Under the pieces are notes generated by a model. It was given only the letters and a program-made list of their open reading frames with translations, was not told where the DNA came from and ran no database searches. A stretch of 64,000 bases of DNA from Octopus sinensis (Eukaryota). Made by a program: the position numbers and the translations under genes. Positions 1 to 13,329 of the stretch are shown one piece after another. The stretch's first letter is position 1, and each line of letters opens with the position of its first letter. The stretch covers positions 5,456,001 through 5,520,000 of the forward strand of contig NC_042998.1 of the NCBI RefSeq assembly GCF_006345805.1, in the 5' to 3' direction.

Positions 1-136
1 ATATGTAACAAACATACATACATTCATACATACATGAATACATGTATAAATTTATATATATATACATATATATATATATGTGTGGTGTGTGTGTGTGTGT
101 ATGTATATATATATGTATATATATGTATATATATAT

Positions 137-171
<35 letters not shown>

Positions 172-249
172 GTATACATATATATATATGTATATATATA
201 TAGTATTATATATATATATATGTATATATATATATGTGTGTATATATAT

Positions 250-341
<92 letters not shown>

Positions 342-342
342 G
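1..342. repeat. Degenerate (TA)n/(TG)n microsatellite; many similar tracts occur throughout the window and generate most YI/VC-repeat ORFs in the track
   Basis: Directly visible dinucleotide repeat. Confidence 0.97.
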
Positions 343-788
343 TATTGCTCCTATGACATTCATATGTCACATTCTTCATTCTTCAAGTGCTTTTTCATAA
401 AACTGATTTGTTGTCTGACATTATTATAACCAAATAACATCCCTACAATCTATTAGTTAATCTCTCTTAACATTTTTTAAAGTAGATTGATGGATCGTCT
501 CTGGCAATGTCCTGAGTCTAAAAGTGGTAGTAACATTCAAGCAGACATTCATGGCATTGATTTTTCATTTCTACCTTATATCTGATAGTTGCTAAGTTAC
601 AATTTTAATTACTCTATTATTACCATTCAAAAAAAATATAAAATCAAAACTAGACTATACCAAAATATACTGATTTACGCATTGTTCTTATTTTGACATC
701 GTAAGTTACACGAGTTGGTGCAAAAACAAATAACACCGTACAGGAAGCTGTCACTTTCGAGTGTTTATAGCTTTATATATATATATAT

Positions 789-1240
789 ACAACTATGAGA
801 GAGAATCCACTATGTGGACGCTCTTACGCTAGATATAGATCCGCAAAGGGACTCAACCACTAAGAATTGTTCTCAAGAAATAATTCAGCACACCAAGAAC
901 GTAAGCGAGCAGGACAAATGAAAAATAACGAAAATATAGATTAACCCCATACAATTGTTTCACCGTTAATAAATTATGTAAGTTTACTTACATAAATATC
1001 CTCGGATCATCGGTGGAGTACGTCATAAAATATAATTTGTTTAAATTGGTGTTATTGAATTAATATCCAATTTTTTCACCCTCTTTTTGACTTTAATTAT
1101 AAATTAATATGTTCTCAAACCGGCGTATTTAGCGCGCCAGAACGAGGGCATTTGAATGTAACTGTGAATATAATCGGCCGAACTGTTCATGTCTCTGACC
1201 TCGTGTTAATATATGGCGTGCAGTTCGACAAATTATATAT
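789..1240 (-). mobile_element. (TA)n-flanked ~450-bp non-coding element carrying a hammerhead motif (retrozyme/Penelope-associated monomer)
   Basis: Bounded by (TA)n on both sides; contains the HHR fold at 944-1019; segment tacgctagatatag resembles tacatgctagaaatag of the 10230 element. Confidence 0.55.
944..1019 (-). ncRNA. Type I hammerhead ribozyme-like motif, U4C core, long stem II
   Basis: Minus strand: ACUCCA CCGAUGA uCCG..UUAUGUAAGU-aa-ACUUACAUAA..CGGu GAA ACAAUUGU A UGGGGU; stem I ACUCCA/UGGGGU, palindromic stem III ACAAUUGU, GUA triplet; first stem II pair is U-U. Confidence 0.6.
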
Positions 1241-2510
1241 AATATATATATATATATCGTCTCGACTTAACAGCCCTCATCGTTTGTTTTTACTGTGTTA
1301 TTCTCCTTGTCCTGTCTTTTACTGATTTTATTTGTAATAGTTTTACTGTCTTGTTTTGTTTTTACTGTCCTGTTCTTGTTACCACTTTTACCCCTCCGCA
1401 AAAAATCCCTAATCTTATTTAATTTGCTTTGCGGGAAGGACTGTTTCAACGAAGTCGCGTCTTGTTCTTACCTTCGTCACGCGGAGTAGCCGAAACAGAA
1501 ACTATTCATTAGTGAATAGTTTCTGCTTTGTTATTTACCCGCAACTTCCTCACACTTGTCACTGAAATTACGGGATATATGGACCAATAAGTTATATTCC
1601 TACTGCAGGTTCGATTGGTTTCGAGTATCTGGCTATGGAGAATACTCTCTGAAATACTAAAGAAAGAATTTGAATAGCCACAATCCTTTCGATCACATTT
1701 GCATTGTAACGATTTTTCTTCAAGGGGTCGCAAAAGCTGGTTACGTATTCAAAAGTCAACTATACTGCACCGGGAATTTGTGTCCTGCACTAGTAGTTCC
1801 TCAATTTCGTTTTGTGGTCTCTAGCAATAATCTTGTTGAGCGCAGTTTGTCCGCGACTAGAAGTGATATGGCCTCGTGTTCAGTATAATAGCAATGCCTA
1901 CCATGTGCCAAGAGACATTAGTTGGGAGGAATGGAATGTGTTCATGAATCTCCCGCTTGGATTTGTCCTCACACCATAACATAACATATTCTTATATAAT
2001 TTGTACTTATTTTGTACTTATCTGCTGTTCATATGAATTATTTATTGCTTTTCATTACAGTTGTGTTAATTCTGTAGTTTTAATCACCTTTGAAAACTAT
2101 TTTTCCTCATCCTTTAAAGAAAGCATGTATTTCAATGTTCTAATGTACTTTTATATTTCTCATCAATCATTTTAATTTTATTTCTTTCCACTTTTATTTG
2201 CCATGCTTACATATATATATATCTACAACTACCATCATTACACTTTTATAGTTTATTCTAGTATTCAATTATATACAGTGTATTATAGTAATTGACAAAA
2301 GACAACTATTCAAGTAATATTTATCAAATAGATATAGAATCAAATTAATTCTATCCGTGACAATCATATCTTTTACGTGAACATCGTATAACCCGAATGT
2401 GAGCTTTTTAAAACTGTGATTTCAAAGAGAATTGGACAATATCTTTAGTAGATTGAGTAACTGACTCAAAGAATCAATATTTATATTTAAACTTGAATAT
2501 ATGTTACCAT

Positions 2511-2672
2511 GGATGTGTGGTATGAAGTTGACTTCCTATCTACATGGTTCTGGGTTCAGTCTCGCTACGTGAAACCTTAGGCAAGTGTCTTCTATAAAAT
2601 CTTGAATCCAAATAAAGGTTTGTGAGTAGATTTGGTAGAGGGGAAACTGAAAGAAGCCCAATGTATATATAT
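2511..2672 (+). mobile_element. Diverged tRNA-derived SINE family A, head half
   Basis: Similar to heads at 8605 and 35936 (ggttctgggttcagtc..gcaagtgtcttcta..gaaactgaaagaagccc). Confidence 0.75.
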
Positions 2673-2707
2673 GTATGTACATACATATATATATTTTTAA
2701 ATATATT

Positions 2708-3108
2708 CTTTGTTTCAGTCATTTGACTACAGCCATGCTAGAGCACCGCCTTAACCCCAGTACTTATTTCTAAAGCCGAGCACTTATTCTGTAGGTCTCT
2801 TTTGCCGAAGCTCTAAGTTACGGGAACATAAACACACCAAGAACGATTCTCGAGTGGTGATGGGGGACAAACAGAGACACAACGAATCACACACATACAA
2901 ACACACACTTACACATACACATACACACACACACATATACATATATATACGATGGGCTTCTTTCAACTTCCATCTACCAAATCCACTCACAAGGCTTTGG
3001 TCGGCCCAAAGCTATAGTAGAAGACACTTGCCCAATGTGCAACGCAGAGAGACTAAGTGTCGAACCATGGGGTTGAGAAGCAAGCTTCTTATCACAGAGT
3101 CGCGCCTG
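2708..3108 (-). mobile_element. SINE family A (tRNA head, central microsatellite, conserved tail)
   Basis: Matches other copies: gtttcagtcatttgact..gcaccgcc tail and cttctttca..ctaccaaatccactcacaaggctttggtcggccc head. Confidence 0.85.
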
Positions 3109-3187
3109 GTATACACACACATGTATATGTATGTATGTATGTATGTATGTATATATGTATTATGTATGTGCGTGTGTGTATGTGTGT

Positions 3188-3410
3188 GTTTATATTTGTG
3201 CTTGTCCCTACCAACGCTTGACAACTGGTGTTGGTTCGTTTACGTCCACGAACTTTAGCTGTTCGGCAAAAGTGTTCGATTGAAAATAATAGTACGATTT
3301 TGAAAATAATAGCACGATTTTGAAAATAATAGTGCGATTCTTCGACTAAAAACACTTCCAAGGTCGTGTCCCAGCATGGCCGTAGTCCAATGACTTAAAA
3401 ATGTATAAGT
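3188..3410 (+). mobile_element. SINE family A tail half, diverged, with internal 20-bp tandem repeat (aaaataatagyrcgatttt)x3
   Basis: gcttgacaac..gttcggcaaaag..cccagcatggccgtagtc similarity to 9000-9160. Confidence 0.7.
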
Positions 3411-3871
3411 TAACAGATAAAATATTGTTAGAGTGAAGTAGTCACCTAATCATATTTAAAATAACTTTATCAAATTATTTTACACCACACTCAGCTCTGT
3501 GTTCCATTTCAAAGATTTAAATGATTATAGTGTCACAAAAAATAAGACAAGAATTGTTTCGATAATTATCTTTAGAAATCTATTTTCTGTTTTTAATTTC
3601 AACAGATTTAGTTATATTGTGTCTATTTAAATTCTCATTTCATTATTGTAGAATAAAATGTATTCAAGGTTGAAAGTTACTCCAAGGAAAATGTTGCTTT
3701 ATTGACACGTAACGTGGATGCTCGAAATTTTAGCAATAGGACTCATCGTAGATCAGCTTTTACAGGTACGAACTAAAGATGAAAAACAATTGCTACGGAA
3801 GTATACAAACTAAATTTCAAAACTTTTTACCTCGTCATTTGTCATTAGTCTTGAAATTATAAGAGACAATA

Positions 3872-4280
3872 CGAAGCGCTGCTCAAAATTTCCTGATTTG
3901 GGGTAAAAGAAAATACAGGATTAGTTAATTATGATTTTATCCAACATATTTCCCTCTCAGATTTGCACATTTATTGCAGCAGTCCTTCAGTTTTTCTAAA
4001 CGTTGTAAAAGGAATCGGACGGTTGGGTCTCCAGCCAGGGCTTTCACAATAGCCTTAAAACCAGGAACTTTTTAGCACCCCTCACACACACACACGACGA
4101 GGATGTTGAAAAGTTCCTGGATTAGGGTAAAAGAAAATACACGAGGATCAGTTAATTATGATTTTATTCAAATATTCTCCTTCACTTTTTCTAAGCCCTG
4201 TAAAAGAAAACGGATGGTTGGGCTTCCAACCAGGCCTTTCGCAATACCTTTAATCCCAGGAACTGTTCAGCATTCTCTCG
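3872..4280. mobile_element. Two tandem mariner-type MITEs (3872-4084, ~4098-4280)
   Basis: TIR-like ends cga..tg(c/t)t(c/g)aaaa(t/g)ttcctg / ccaggaact(t/g)tt(t/c)agca..ctc; first copy preceded by TA; a third partial copy is at 44762. Confidence 0.7.
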
Positions 4281-4879
4281 CATTTGTGGCATTCCTTTCT
4301 TCTTATGGTGGATGACGTTTCAGCAGAAATGAAAGATATTTAAGTCAGGGTAGATTAGAATTAATAAGGAAGAAAACAACTTTTAGAGAGAGGGGGGACA
4401 GACTGAATTATAGATATGCAGGAAAGCAGTTATATATTCATACATCTTGTAATAATTCTACTAGTCATTGCGTTACTTAGACCGTCGGTAACGCATTCAC
4501 GTGATTAGACAAAAAGTGGGAGAAAGAAAAGAGGGAGAGAGAAAAATAGGGAGGGAGGAAAAGAGTGAGATAGAAGTGTCCATGACGTGAGGTACAGGGA
4601 ATGTAATTGTAACGCTTGCACGTGATTAGTTGAAGGGAAGGAGAGGAGAAAGAAAAGGGGATAAGATTAAGAGTGTGACAGAAAGAAGGAGAAAGAAAAA
4701 GAGGGAGAGAGAAACGTCTACGACGTGAGGTGGGGGAACGTATTATTTATTACGTGATTAAAAAAGTTAGTTGAAGGGAGAGGAGAGTTAAAAACAAAAA
4801 ATGTTAGCAGCGGGGTGATGTTCTGATGGTGAGGTTAAAGAGGTTGAAGAGAGGGGAGAGAGAAAGTGAGAGGAGAGAT

Positions 4880-6325
4880 TGATCTTTGTACTGCGTTTGA
4901 TACCACTGACACTGATTCTGAGGAAAGCAAAAGCTGGTTATGTATTCAAAAGTCAACCATTTGTTATTCATGGATGACCTCAAACATTATGGTAAAGATG
5001 AAGCCCAAGTCAGTTCCCTCGTTGATACGGTGTATACCTTCAGTGCTGCTATGAGAATGGAGTTCGGACTGAGATAGTATGGTGTATTAGTCTTGAAGAT
5101 AGGCAAAATCAAATATACGGACGGACTAACGATACCGTCGGGGGAGTTTATGAAGCAGACAGAAGAGACGGGCTATAAGTATTTGGGGATTTTGGAAATG
5201 GATAAATTGATAGGGAAAGAAATGACAGAAAAATTTAAGGTGGAGTACTTATGAAGACTGAGACTGATCCTTAAGTCGAAATTAAACGGACAGAATAAGA
5301 TCGAAGCTATCAACACCTGGGCGGTTTCACTCCTCAGATATGGAGCAAGGGTAATTGCATGGACAGAGACGAACTAAACAGCTAAGACAGAAAGACAAGG
5401 AAGTTGCTAACTAGATATGGGTTACTCCACCCAAAAAGTGACACAGGCAGACTGTATGTACCAAGAAAAAGAGGGAGAAGATGATTTATTGGATGCGAAC
5501 ACAGTATTAGAGCAGAAAACAACAGCATGGTATGTAAAAAAATACCGCAGAACCACTATTACTAGCAGTAACATTTAAGCAAGGAAACAGAGCACTGTAC
5601 TGGCAGAGCAAGAGCAAGCTTTGGCCACAAATTGGAGGATCAACATTAGAAATGAGAAAGTGTCTCCATTGTGCCGAATCTGTAACAGATTTGACGAATT
5701 CATTGCTCATGTTGTGAACGAATACCAATATGAGTTGTAGTAACACAGTGAGGTAGAGCAAAAGTGCTGTATTGGAAACGGTGAGAAAAGAGAGAGAGGC
5801 AAAACGTGGTATGAGTATAAACTATAGAGAGTGGCCGACTCGAAGACCTGAAAAATCCTGTGGGATTTCCCAGTTCAAACAGACCAGGTTCTTGAGCGCA
5901 ACAAGCCAGACCTAGCGGTAGTGGACGAGGTGAACCACATGACCTCTTTGATCGATTGTGAGTGACCCTTTGACCAATGAACAGTTACAAAGGAAGGCGA
6001 AAATAGGCGTATACAACCCTCTTAAATACGAGATAGTTCAACTGCGGTAAATTAAAAAGGTGAACATTGTGCTAATTATTGTTGGGTCGTTGACAACAGT
6101 ATCAGACGGCATGAAGAGGAATATAAGGGACATCGGAATAGAGTGCTCTAAAGAGCTGTTACAAAATGTTTGCCTCCTTAAGACGGCCAGAATCATCAGG
6201 AAAGCATTAGGCAGTTGAAGAGAATCGATGATATTCTGTCGTAGGCTGCAGAAAGCAAGACCGCTACGCATGTAAGACTCCCGGAGTTCCAACACAACCT
6301 GAGTTACAAGAAAAATTGCAGTGAT
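4880..6325 (+). mobile_element. 5'-truncated, decayed R4/Dong-like non-LTR retrotransposon (RT, zinc-knuckle remnant, RLE endonuclease)
   Basis: Translated pieces LIPLTLILRKAKAGYVFK, VNHLLFMDDLKHYG, GYKYLGILE, INTWAVSLLRYG, CRICNRFDEFIAHV, KILWDFPVQTDQVLERNKPDLAVVD; several stops and frameshifts. Confidence 0.88.
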
Positions 6326-6529
6326 ACTTCGCTAGAAATGCTATAGAAAGTTTGTCCTAATCTTTCATAGATTTATAGAAACCATTAGCGGCTTTCCGAA
6401 CATGTCATCCTGGTTCTTAAAAATTAAATTGCGCAGCAGCTTTACCCTTGTTTTATCCACCTTCATTGAACTGGTAACAACTAAGAGGGAAGAAGTCAAT
6501 TTTCGTTTTCGATGCTGCCAACTATCCAT

Positions 6530-6875
6530 TTATTTTCAACCCACAACTGTTCCTCTTCACACTCTTCAACTGAAAGAAGCGCTACGAAATAAGGATGCTC
6601 TGAAACTAAGTAAAGGACATAATTTCTAAACTCTTATTCCTTATGCGATCGAAGTTGCCATTATTGCTTGTTGTGTCAAGAAGGAAGACATTTTCAAATT
6701 ATACATTCTTCTAATATGATAAGGTATTTCAATTACTTTCAGCTTCCAGCTACAAGGTTCGTCTATGACCATCAGCAAGTCTCAGGAACAACACTTAGTG
6801 TTTGCTTGAGTTGAGTTGAGCAGACAAGTTCAAGATACTTTAATAGCCATCTTTATATTGCATGCTCTTGTGTTG
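6530..6875 (+). pseudogene. Helitron RepHel (PIF1-like helicase) C-terminal remnant
   Basis: VPLHTLQLK..LRNKDALKLSKG, IEVAII, MTISKSQEQHL (cf. AMTINKSQGQSL), SHLYIACSCV (cf. GQLYVACSRV); stops and frameshifts. Confidence 0.75.
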
Positions 6876-7073
6876 ATCCAAACAGACATTTTACGTCAGG
6901 GCACCCACCGCGGAACAGCTGTAGTCTCCCTCAAAACTCTTACAAAATAAAGGACATTTCCATTCAGATTTCTTCTGCTTTGTGTTGCATATTAATTCAG
7001 AACTGCAAGAAAATATATAATGTAAAACACAACGATAGAATTCTTTAAGTCACTAACTTAAAATTATCAATAA

Positions 7074-7469
7074 CTAACAGTATCGCCCCGGCGTTGCTCG
7101 GGTTTGTAAGGGAAATAACTATATAAGCATTTTTAGAGATGTAAAGTATAATAGCCATCTCAATATGGTTAACCACAAAGGGGGCGTGTTACTGTAGCTT
7201 TTTACGTTCTGAGATTTAATAATAAACTTTTAGAGAGTTACTTCCCTTATATATGCCAAAATGCATAAAAAATGGGAAAAATTGATGGTAATTTTTTTTT
7301 TAGATCGTAAACTCATCGTAGTCGCGCGCTAATACCCAGAAGGGCTCGATATGAATCACAACTATAAGATATCCGGTTTTGGTTAAACTGCACCGCAAAA
7401 TGTGGGAGTAGTTAGGAATCTAAATCGTAGGAGACAGACAGCACACAACCTCACTTTTATATATAACGA
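7074..7469 (-). mobile_element. Non-autonomous Helitron
   Basis: Same family as 24701, 26903, 27409, 29683; minus strand starts TC after A and ends with the cccgag..cggg hairpin plus a CTAG-like end (TTAG here). Confidence 0.85.
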
Positions 7470-7754
7470 TTACAAACTGAAATATTCACACACCATAGAA
7501 ACGCTAAACAAAAACAACGCTGAAAACATAAATATATTTAAATTCAGTCTTCTTGCATCTGTGAATCCTCATATATCAAAAATTACATTGAAGAGATATT
7601 TAACCACAAACAATGGATCTTTATAATCTTACTATGGGTAAGAATCGAAACAATTGTATGTAATTTGTATTTAATGTTTATTATTCATTATATTATATTA
7701 TCATAAGAATATAATATAATATTTGCATATCTCCATATTCTTTCCATTATTGCG

Positions 7755-7789
<35 letters not shown>

Positions 7790-7885
7790 GAAAGAAGAAG
7801 AGTGGTAGCGAAGACGCCTGTGCGTGAATTTGTAGTAGTAATAGTAGTAGTAATAGTAGTAGTAGTATATATATATATGGGGGGT

Positions 7886-8195
7886 GGAGGCGCAATGGCC
7901 CAGTAGTTAGGGCAGTGGACTCGCGGTCTTAGGTTCGCGGTTTCGATTCCCAGGCGTTGTGAGTGTTTATTGAGCGAAAACACCTAAAGCTCCACGAGGC
8001 TCCGGCAGAGGGTGGTGGCGATCTCTGCTGTACTCTTTCGCCACAACTTTCTCTCAATCTTTCTTCTGTTGGCCTGCTCGCTTAGCCAGCGGGGTGGCGT
8101 CATTTGAAGGCTAAAAAAAACAATGCGAAGCGCATTGTGACCAGCGATGTGTAGCAACATCTGATAGCCTGGTCGGTCACGGTGATCACGGTGAT
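7886..8195 (+). mobile_element. tRNA-derived SINE family C
   Basis: Head ggaggcgcaatggcccagtagttagggcagtggactcgcgg..ggtttcgattcc with A/B boxes; shared with 36536. Confidence 0.85.
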
Positions 8196-8604
8196 ATATA
8201 TATATATATGACCTCGACTGAGAAATCTTTCAGCCACAATTCACCTCTTATCGTACAGGCCTGGAGTTGAGCGGGCAGATAAGAAATATTATTACTGGAC
8301 AAAATCGTTAAAGCATCTTGCAAAATGCCTTGCAGTTGTTCTGCCATATATTTACGTTCCGTGTTCAAAATCCATCGAACGCAACTTTATCTTTAGTAGA
8401 AGCACACATACCTTAGTGGTTAGAGCGTTGGGCTCATGATTGTGGTTTCGATTCCTGGCAAAAATGAGTCCCCCTGCCACGGACCGGCGTCCGGGTCATG
8501 GGCTAAGAGAGAGGTGGAATATATACGCCACAAAGACCGGGGAACCTGCCACCTGAGTCCATATGACTCGTGAAGTTTTATCCAACTTCATACATTTTTA
8601 TTTT

Positions 8605-9190
<586 letters not shown>

Positions 9191-9581
9191 TGAAGGTCAA
9201 TAAAATAAAATAAGTACCAGTAACGTACCAGGGAAGAGATTTAATCGACTAATCTCTCCTTACCAATTGATGGCTTTATATCTATGTGAAATAAAATGAT
9301 TACTAAGCCGAGAAAAGGAAATATAACACTTTAAATGAACATTTAATGATAAGCGATTTTTGTCGTTTTTCTTTTTGTTTTTATTCTAATTCTAATTCTG
9401 TTATATCAAGCAAAAAAAGGAAATGTTTTTATTACCGAGTAATTTTTCTTCGTGAAGTTCTCTTTTCAATGATTGTTGCTTTTAGTTTGATTTGTTTTTT
9501 TTTGTTGTTGCTCTCTCTGTTATGGTTTTTTTCTTTTCTTTTCGGTTTAGGTATTTGAAAAAAAATACTTTATCGATTTAA

Positions 9582-9636
<55 letters not shown>

Positions 9637-10067
9637 TTATGATGAGGTTTTGAGTTCAAATAAATAAGCGTGGGGAAATTTTTTTTTTCTTCAAATGTGA
9701 GTGAGATGAAGAAAAGGAAAAAGGAAGAAAGAAAATAATAAGACGGACAGAAATAGCACTTAAAAAAACTACTACTAGTAGTAGTAGTGGTAGTAGTAGT
9801 AGCTGGTGGTGGCGGTTGTTCTTGAGGTAGTGCTGATGATATTGATAAAGACAAATAAAAACCAATTGATTCATATAAGATGTTTTGCTAGTGAGTATGT
9901 GTGTATGAGTTAGTGTGTATATGACTACCTGTATATATGTATACATGTATTTTCATTTTTACGTCAAAGAGGACCAATGAATGCACATAAAGAAAACAAA
10001 AGGAATTGTGTAAATATCATGTATGTATATATGTATATATATATCTATATATATAATATATATAATA

Positions 10068-10173
<106 letters not shown>

Positions 10174-10229
10174 CATATATACATACATGATATATATATA
10201 TATACATTTTTCAAAATAGAAAATTACCA

Positions 10230-10320
10230 TTTAACAGGTAATTTTTACATGCTAGAAATAGCAGCCAACACGGCCAAAAACCACAATTAACGAGTATTCG
10301 CCACCCTATATACATACATA

Positions 10321-10354
<34 letters not shown>

Positions 10355-10480
10355 TTTTTAACAATTGAGGATAAAATCTTTAAAAGAAATTATCAGTAGT
10401 CAGCGTGAAAAACCTCGTAAGAGAAAAAATCCGTAAATTCTTCCTCTTTGAAAATATTCATTTATATTATATTGAGGGTA
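10230..10480. mobile_element. Diverged, internally deleted relative of the 481-bp HHR repeat (no HHR retained)
   Basis: gtagtcagcgtgaaaaacctcgtaagagaaaaaatccg..tattgaggg aligns with gtagatagcgtaaaaacctcataagagaaaaaatttcg..tatagaggg at 19451-19533. Confidence 0.6.
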
Positions 10481-10487
10481 TATATAT

Positions 10488-10649
10488 ACGACGGGATTCT
10501 TTCAGTTTCCGTCTACCCAATCCACTCACAAGGCTTTGGTCGACCCGCGGTTATAGTAGAAGACTCTTGCCCAAGGTACCACGCAGTGGGAGTGAACCCG
10601 GAACCATGTGGTTGGTAAGCAAGCTACTTACCACACAGCCACTCCTACG

Positions 10650-10651
<2 letters not shown>
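10488..10651 (-). mobile_element. SINE family A head half
   Basis: Close match to 28268-28431 and 35770-35936. Confidence 0.88.
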
Positions 10652-10701
<50 letters not shown>

Positions 10702-11248
10702 GCATGTGTGTATGTATATGTGTATGTATATGTGTATGTTGTGTGTGTGTATGTGTGCGTGTTTATTAGTGTTTATTATGTTTTGTGTGTGTGTGTGTAG
10801 TTGTTTCTCACATCATAAGCTGCCGTGAATGCAAAGAAGAAAAAGGAGTCAGTGAGAGATGATTGTATGTATATATATTAGTGTGTATGTATGTATGTAT
10901 GTATGTATGTATGTGAGTGTATGTGTGTGCGTAAATGATATTAATGAAGCATAAATAATATATTAAGGAAAAACGTACGGATACACACACACACACGCAT
11001 ACACACACACACACAAACAAGCATTTTAAGAAGCTTCTATAACACTTCATGAATATTAAGGCAATTTTCACTGACTCCAGAAACGCACGCGTGCCTGCAC
11101 GCACACACACATACATACACGTACACAACGCATATACACACATACTTGTATACATGCTAATATACACATCCACATTGCCTGACCTTGTAGACCCATTGGT
11201 CTGAAATAAATATAGAAGTAAAATTCAATATATACATACATGCATGCA

Positions 11249-11284
<36 letters not shown>

Positions 11285-11327
11285 TATATATATATATATA
11301 TATTATATATACACACATACACATGTA

Positions 11328-11546
11328 CGGTCTTTCAAAATGTGACCTCGTGTGTACCGTTGGCGATTTTTTTCCCTCTGTCTTCCCTTCTCTAGATCTT
11401 TCCTTCTCCTATGTTTCCGACGAAGAGCTCCGCTCGAAACGTTAAACCCTCCTTCTTTCCTTCTTTCCTGAGCGTCCAATAATACTATATTTGTTCCACG
11501 TCCTCGCGTTGTTGTGTTTTTTTTTTGTGCTTTCTTGTTTGGATAA
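11328..11546 (+). mobile_element. (TA)n-flanked small element with minimal hammerhead (relative of the 26125/26355/63581 family)
   Basis: Shares gagc/gctc stem II, GAAACGT and downstream ttcctgagcg with that family. Confidence 0.7.
11413..11447 (+). ncRNA. Minimal type I hammerhead motif, CCGACGA core
   Basis: GUUU CCGACGA A GAGC-UCC-GCUC GAAAC GUU AAAC. Confidence 0.65.
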
Positions 11547-11579
11547 TATACATATATATATATATATACATATATATAC

Positions 11580-11611
<32 letters not shown>

Positions 11612-12508
11612 AGGTATGTATGTATGTATGTATATATATAATTCAAATATGATTCAACAGATATAAAACTAAGTGAAATGAAATAGATATTTCAAAGATA
11701 AAAGTGGATAATTTATTACGACTTTACAACCAGAACTGACCATTTCACAAGAATAATCTTCATGTTGTGGTAATATTCTGTGGAAGGGTGATGTGAGAGA
11801 AACCGCTTTTCTTTATGGTGGTGTTGATGGTGGTGGTTGCGTGTTTGTCTTGGTGGTGGCGTTTGTTTGTTTGCTTGTCTTCAAATTTCTTTCTTTGAAA
11901 ACTTCAGAAATAGCGGTCAATAAATTTAAATCATTTCACGCATTGACATATAGGTTTATTACTCTAATAGTTGTTTTCAGTTGATATCGCTAATGAAATA
12001 CGAAGTAATTTAAATACTATCACTGTTTGTATTCAGTGGAAAATGGAAATCATCTGAATTTCATTGGATGAGTTTCAGCTACATTAAAGTTATTACAGTT
12101 CTTTGCCGAGGGTTATTGACCAGAATGGATGAGTGAAGTTGCAAAGGATGCATACGTAATCACTAAGGGTGGTTCACTTTAATGAATTATTTAAACAGAA
12201 TTTTGTTGTTTTTGATAATGTATCTTATATACACGACATACGTGTAACTATGCTTAGCTGTATGTGGGTGAACGTCTGTGTATGTATGTGTGCATGTATG
12301 TACGTATGAGTGTGTGTATGTACGTTATTGAGTGTATGTATATATATGTATGTATCTATATATGTATGCATGTATGTATGTATGTGTGTGTGTATGTATG
12401 TACGTATGCACGCATATTGATCAAACAAGTTCCTCATTGGCTGAGTCTTTGATGATAGTAAACTTTATCACTGGGTTCCTTAGTGTGATTTTGAAACTAT
12501 TAATAACG

Positions 12509-12572
<64 letters not shown>

Positions 12573-12799
12573 TGTATGTATGTATGCATGTATGTATTTG
12601 TATGTGGTGTGTGTATATATATATATATATTATATATATATATATTGTTGCTGCCCCATACAAAACAAAACATTTCGAAAATTGAATCATCAGAGGTCAT
12701 TCACCAAAAGAATTAAAGGCATGACTGTTCTCGATAACGTGGGACCGCCTTAAAGCTTTGAAACTCTACTCTCTCCAACGCTGCCGTGAGCGATATGTC

Positions 12800-13232
12800 A
12801 TTTGCTCAATGTGAAGAATATACCACAAGCATTGCGCAAACAACCTCGGCCTTCGCTTCAAAATCCATCCAAGGCTAGGACCACGGGCCGTACGTCTTCT
12901 ACCCAATTCAGAATCACAACACATAATACATTGCAACTTAATTTCTTTTCTTCAACAAGCCCTACCCTATATAACATTGTCCTGAAAAGGATCAAAGAAG
13001 AAAAGGATCCTATTATATCTGAACGGAATCTGGACAAATTTCTACAGGGAAAACGAGACAAGCCACAAATACCTGGAAACAACTCGCTCAACGAGAACTC
13101 CCGAATCGAATGGACGATGATAACACGAAACTTGACTTAAAAAGGGTTTAGATAATCCTATCAGGTGGTGCTATTAATTTAAACATTACCTGGCCCAACC
13201 TTTTGTGGAAACACACGTTTTCTAAGTTATAT
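12800..13232 (+). mobile_element. 3' fragment of CR1-group (CR1/L2/Jockey superclade) LINE, same family as 32697-33880
   Basis: TLQLNFFSSTSPTLYNIV..IKEEKDP..LDKFLQ matches the C-terminus at 33575-33760; shared 3' UTR aatcctatcaggtggtgctattaa. Confidence 0.8.
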
Positions 13233-13284
13233 ATTATATATGATATGTAAATATATATATATGTATTATATATATTTTGTAGGG

Positions 13285-13319
<35 letters not shown>

Positions 13320-13329
13320 CAACCATTGT

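Noticed and set aside
1099-1115. 17-bp match tataaattaatatgttc to the 481-bp unit
   Set aside because: Opposite orientation relative to the ribozyme and very AT-rich; may be chance
1430-1495. Possible minus-strand hammerhead (GUGACGA..GAAAC-A-GUC)
   Set aside because: C3 is G without a G8 compensation, and stems I and II do not form
12660-12700. CUGAUGA..GAAA on the minus strand
   Set aside because: Intervening ttcaattttc cannot form stem II; no stem III or stem I
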